64,000 bases of DNA. Source: Octopus sinensis (Eukaryota). The stretch spans positions 14,942,001 through 15,006,000 of the forward strand of contig NC_043001.1 of assembly GCF_006345805.1 (NCBI RefSeq), read 5' to 3'. Shown here in pieces: positions 63,888 to 64,000 of the stretch. Below the pieces are notes generated by a model. The model saw nothing but the letters and a program-made list of their open reading frames with translations, did not search any database and was not told the DNA's origin. Position numbers and translations under genes: made by a program. How positions within the stretch are numbered: position 1 is the stretch's first letter; each line of letters starts with the position of its first letter.

Positions 63888-64000
63888 GAAGGTGCATGGC
63901 TTAGTGGTTAGAGCATTCGGCTCATGATCGTAAGGTCGTGAGTTCAATTCCCGGCGACGCGTTGTGTCCTTCAGCAAGACACTTTATTTCCTGTTGCTCC
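63888..64000 (+). mobile_element. SINE family E, cut by window edge
   Basis: TGGCTTAGTGGTTAGAGC..GAGTTCAATTCC..CAAGACACTTTATTTC. Confidence 0.8.

Overview
AT-rich, repeat-saturated eukaryotic intergenic or intronic DNA. The SINE families and microsatellite load look like a cephalopod (Octopus-like) genome; this is an inference from recalled repeat families. No host protein-coding exon could be supported, and nearly all supplied ORFs are translations of microsatellites or SINEs. The window holds dozens of tRNA-headed SINEs (CORE-, Nin/Deu- and Meta-domain types) and fossil autonomous elements (RTE and CR1 LINEs, Ty3/Gypsy pol, pogo, mariner, hAT, Merlin/IS1595-like). It also holds non-autonomous Helitrons, several MITEs and one tRNA-Val(AAC) gene or pseudogene. 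The most notable signal is a set of hammerhead-ribozyme (HHR) motifs from several unrelated families: (i) a tRNA-headed SINE-like unit carrying a minimal Penelope-type HHR that inserts as a fold-back (5281-5900, 58877-59299); (ii) a ~500-bp-arm palindrome ending in an intact type I HHR (53031-54138); (iii) a full-length retrozyme-like type I HHR with a GUC site (58057-58151). Coordinates were read by eye and may be off by a few bases.
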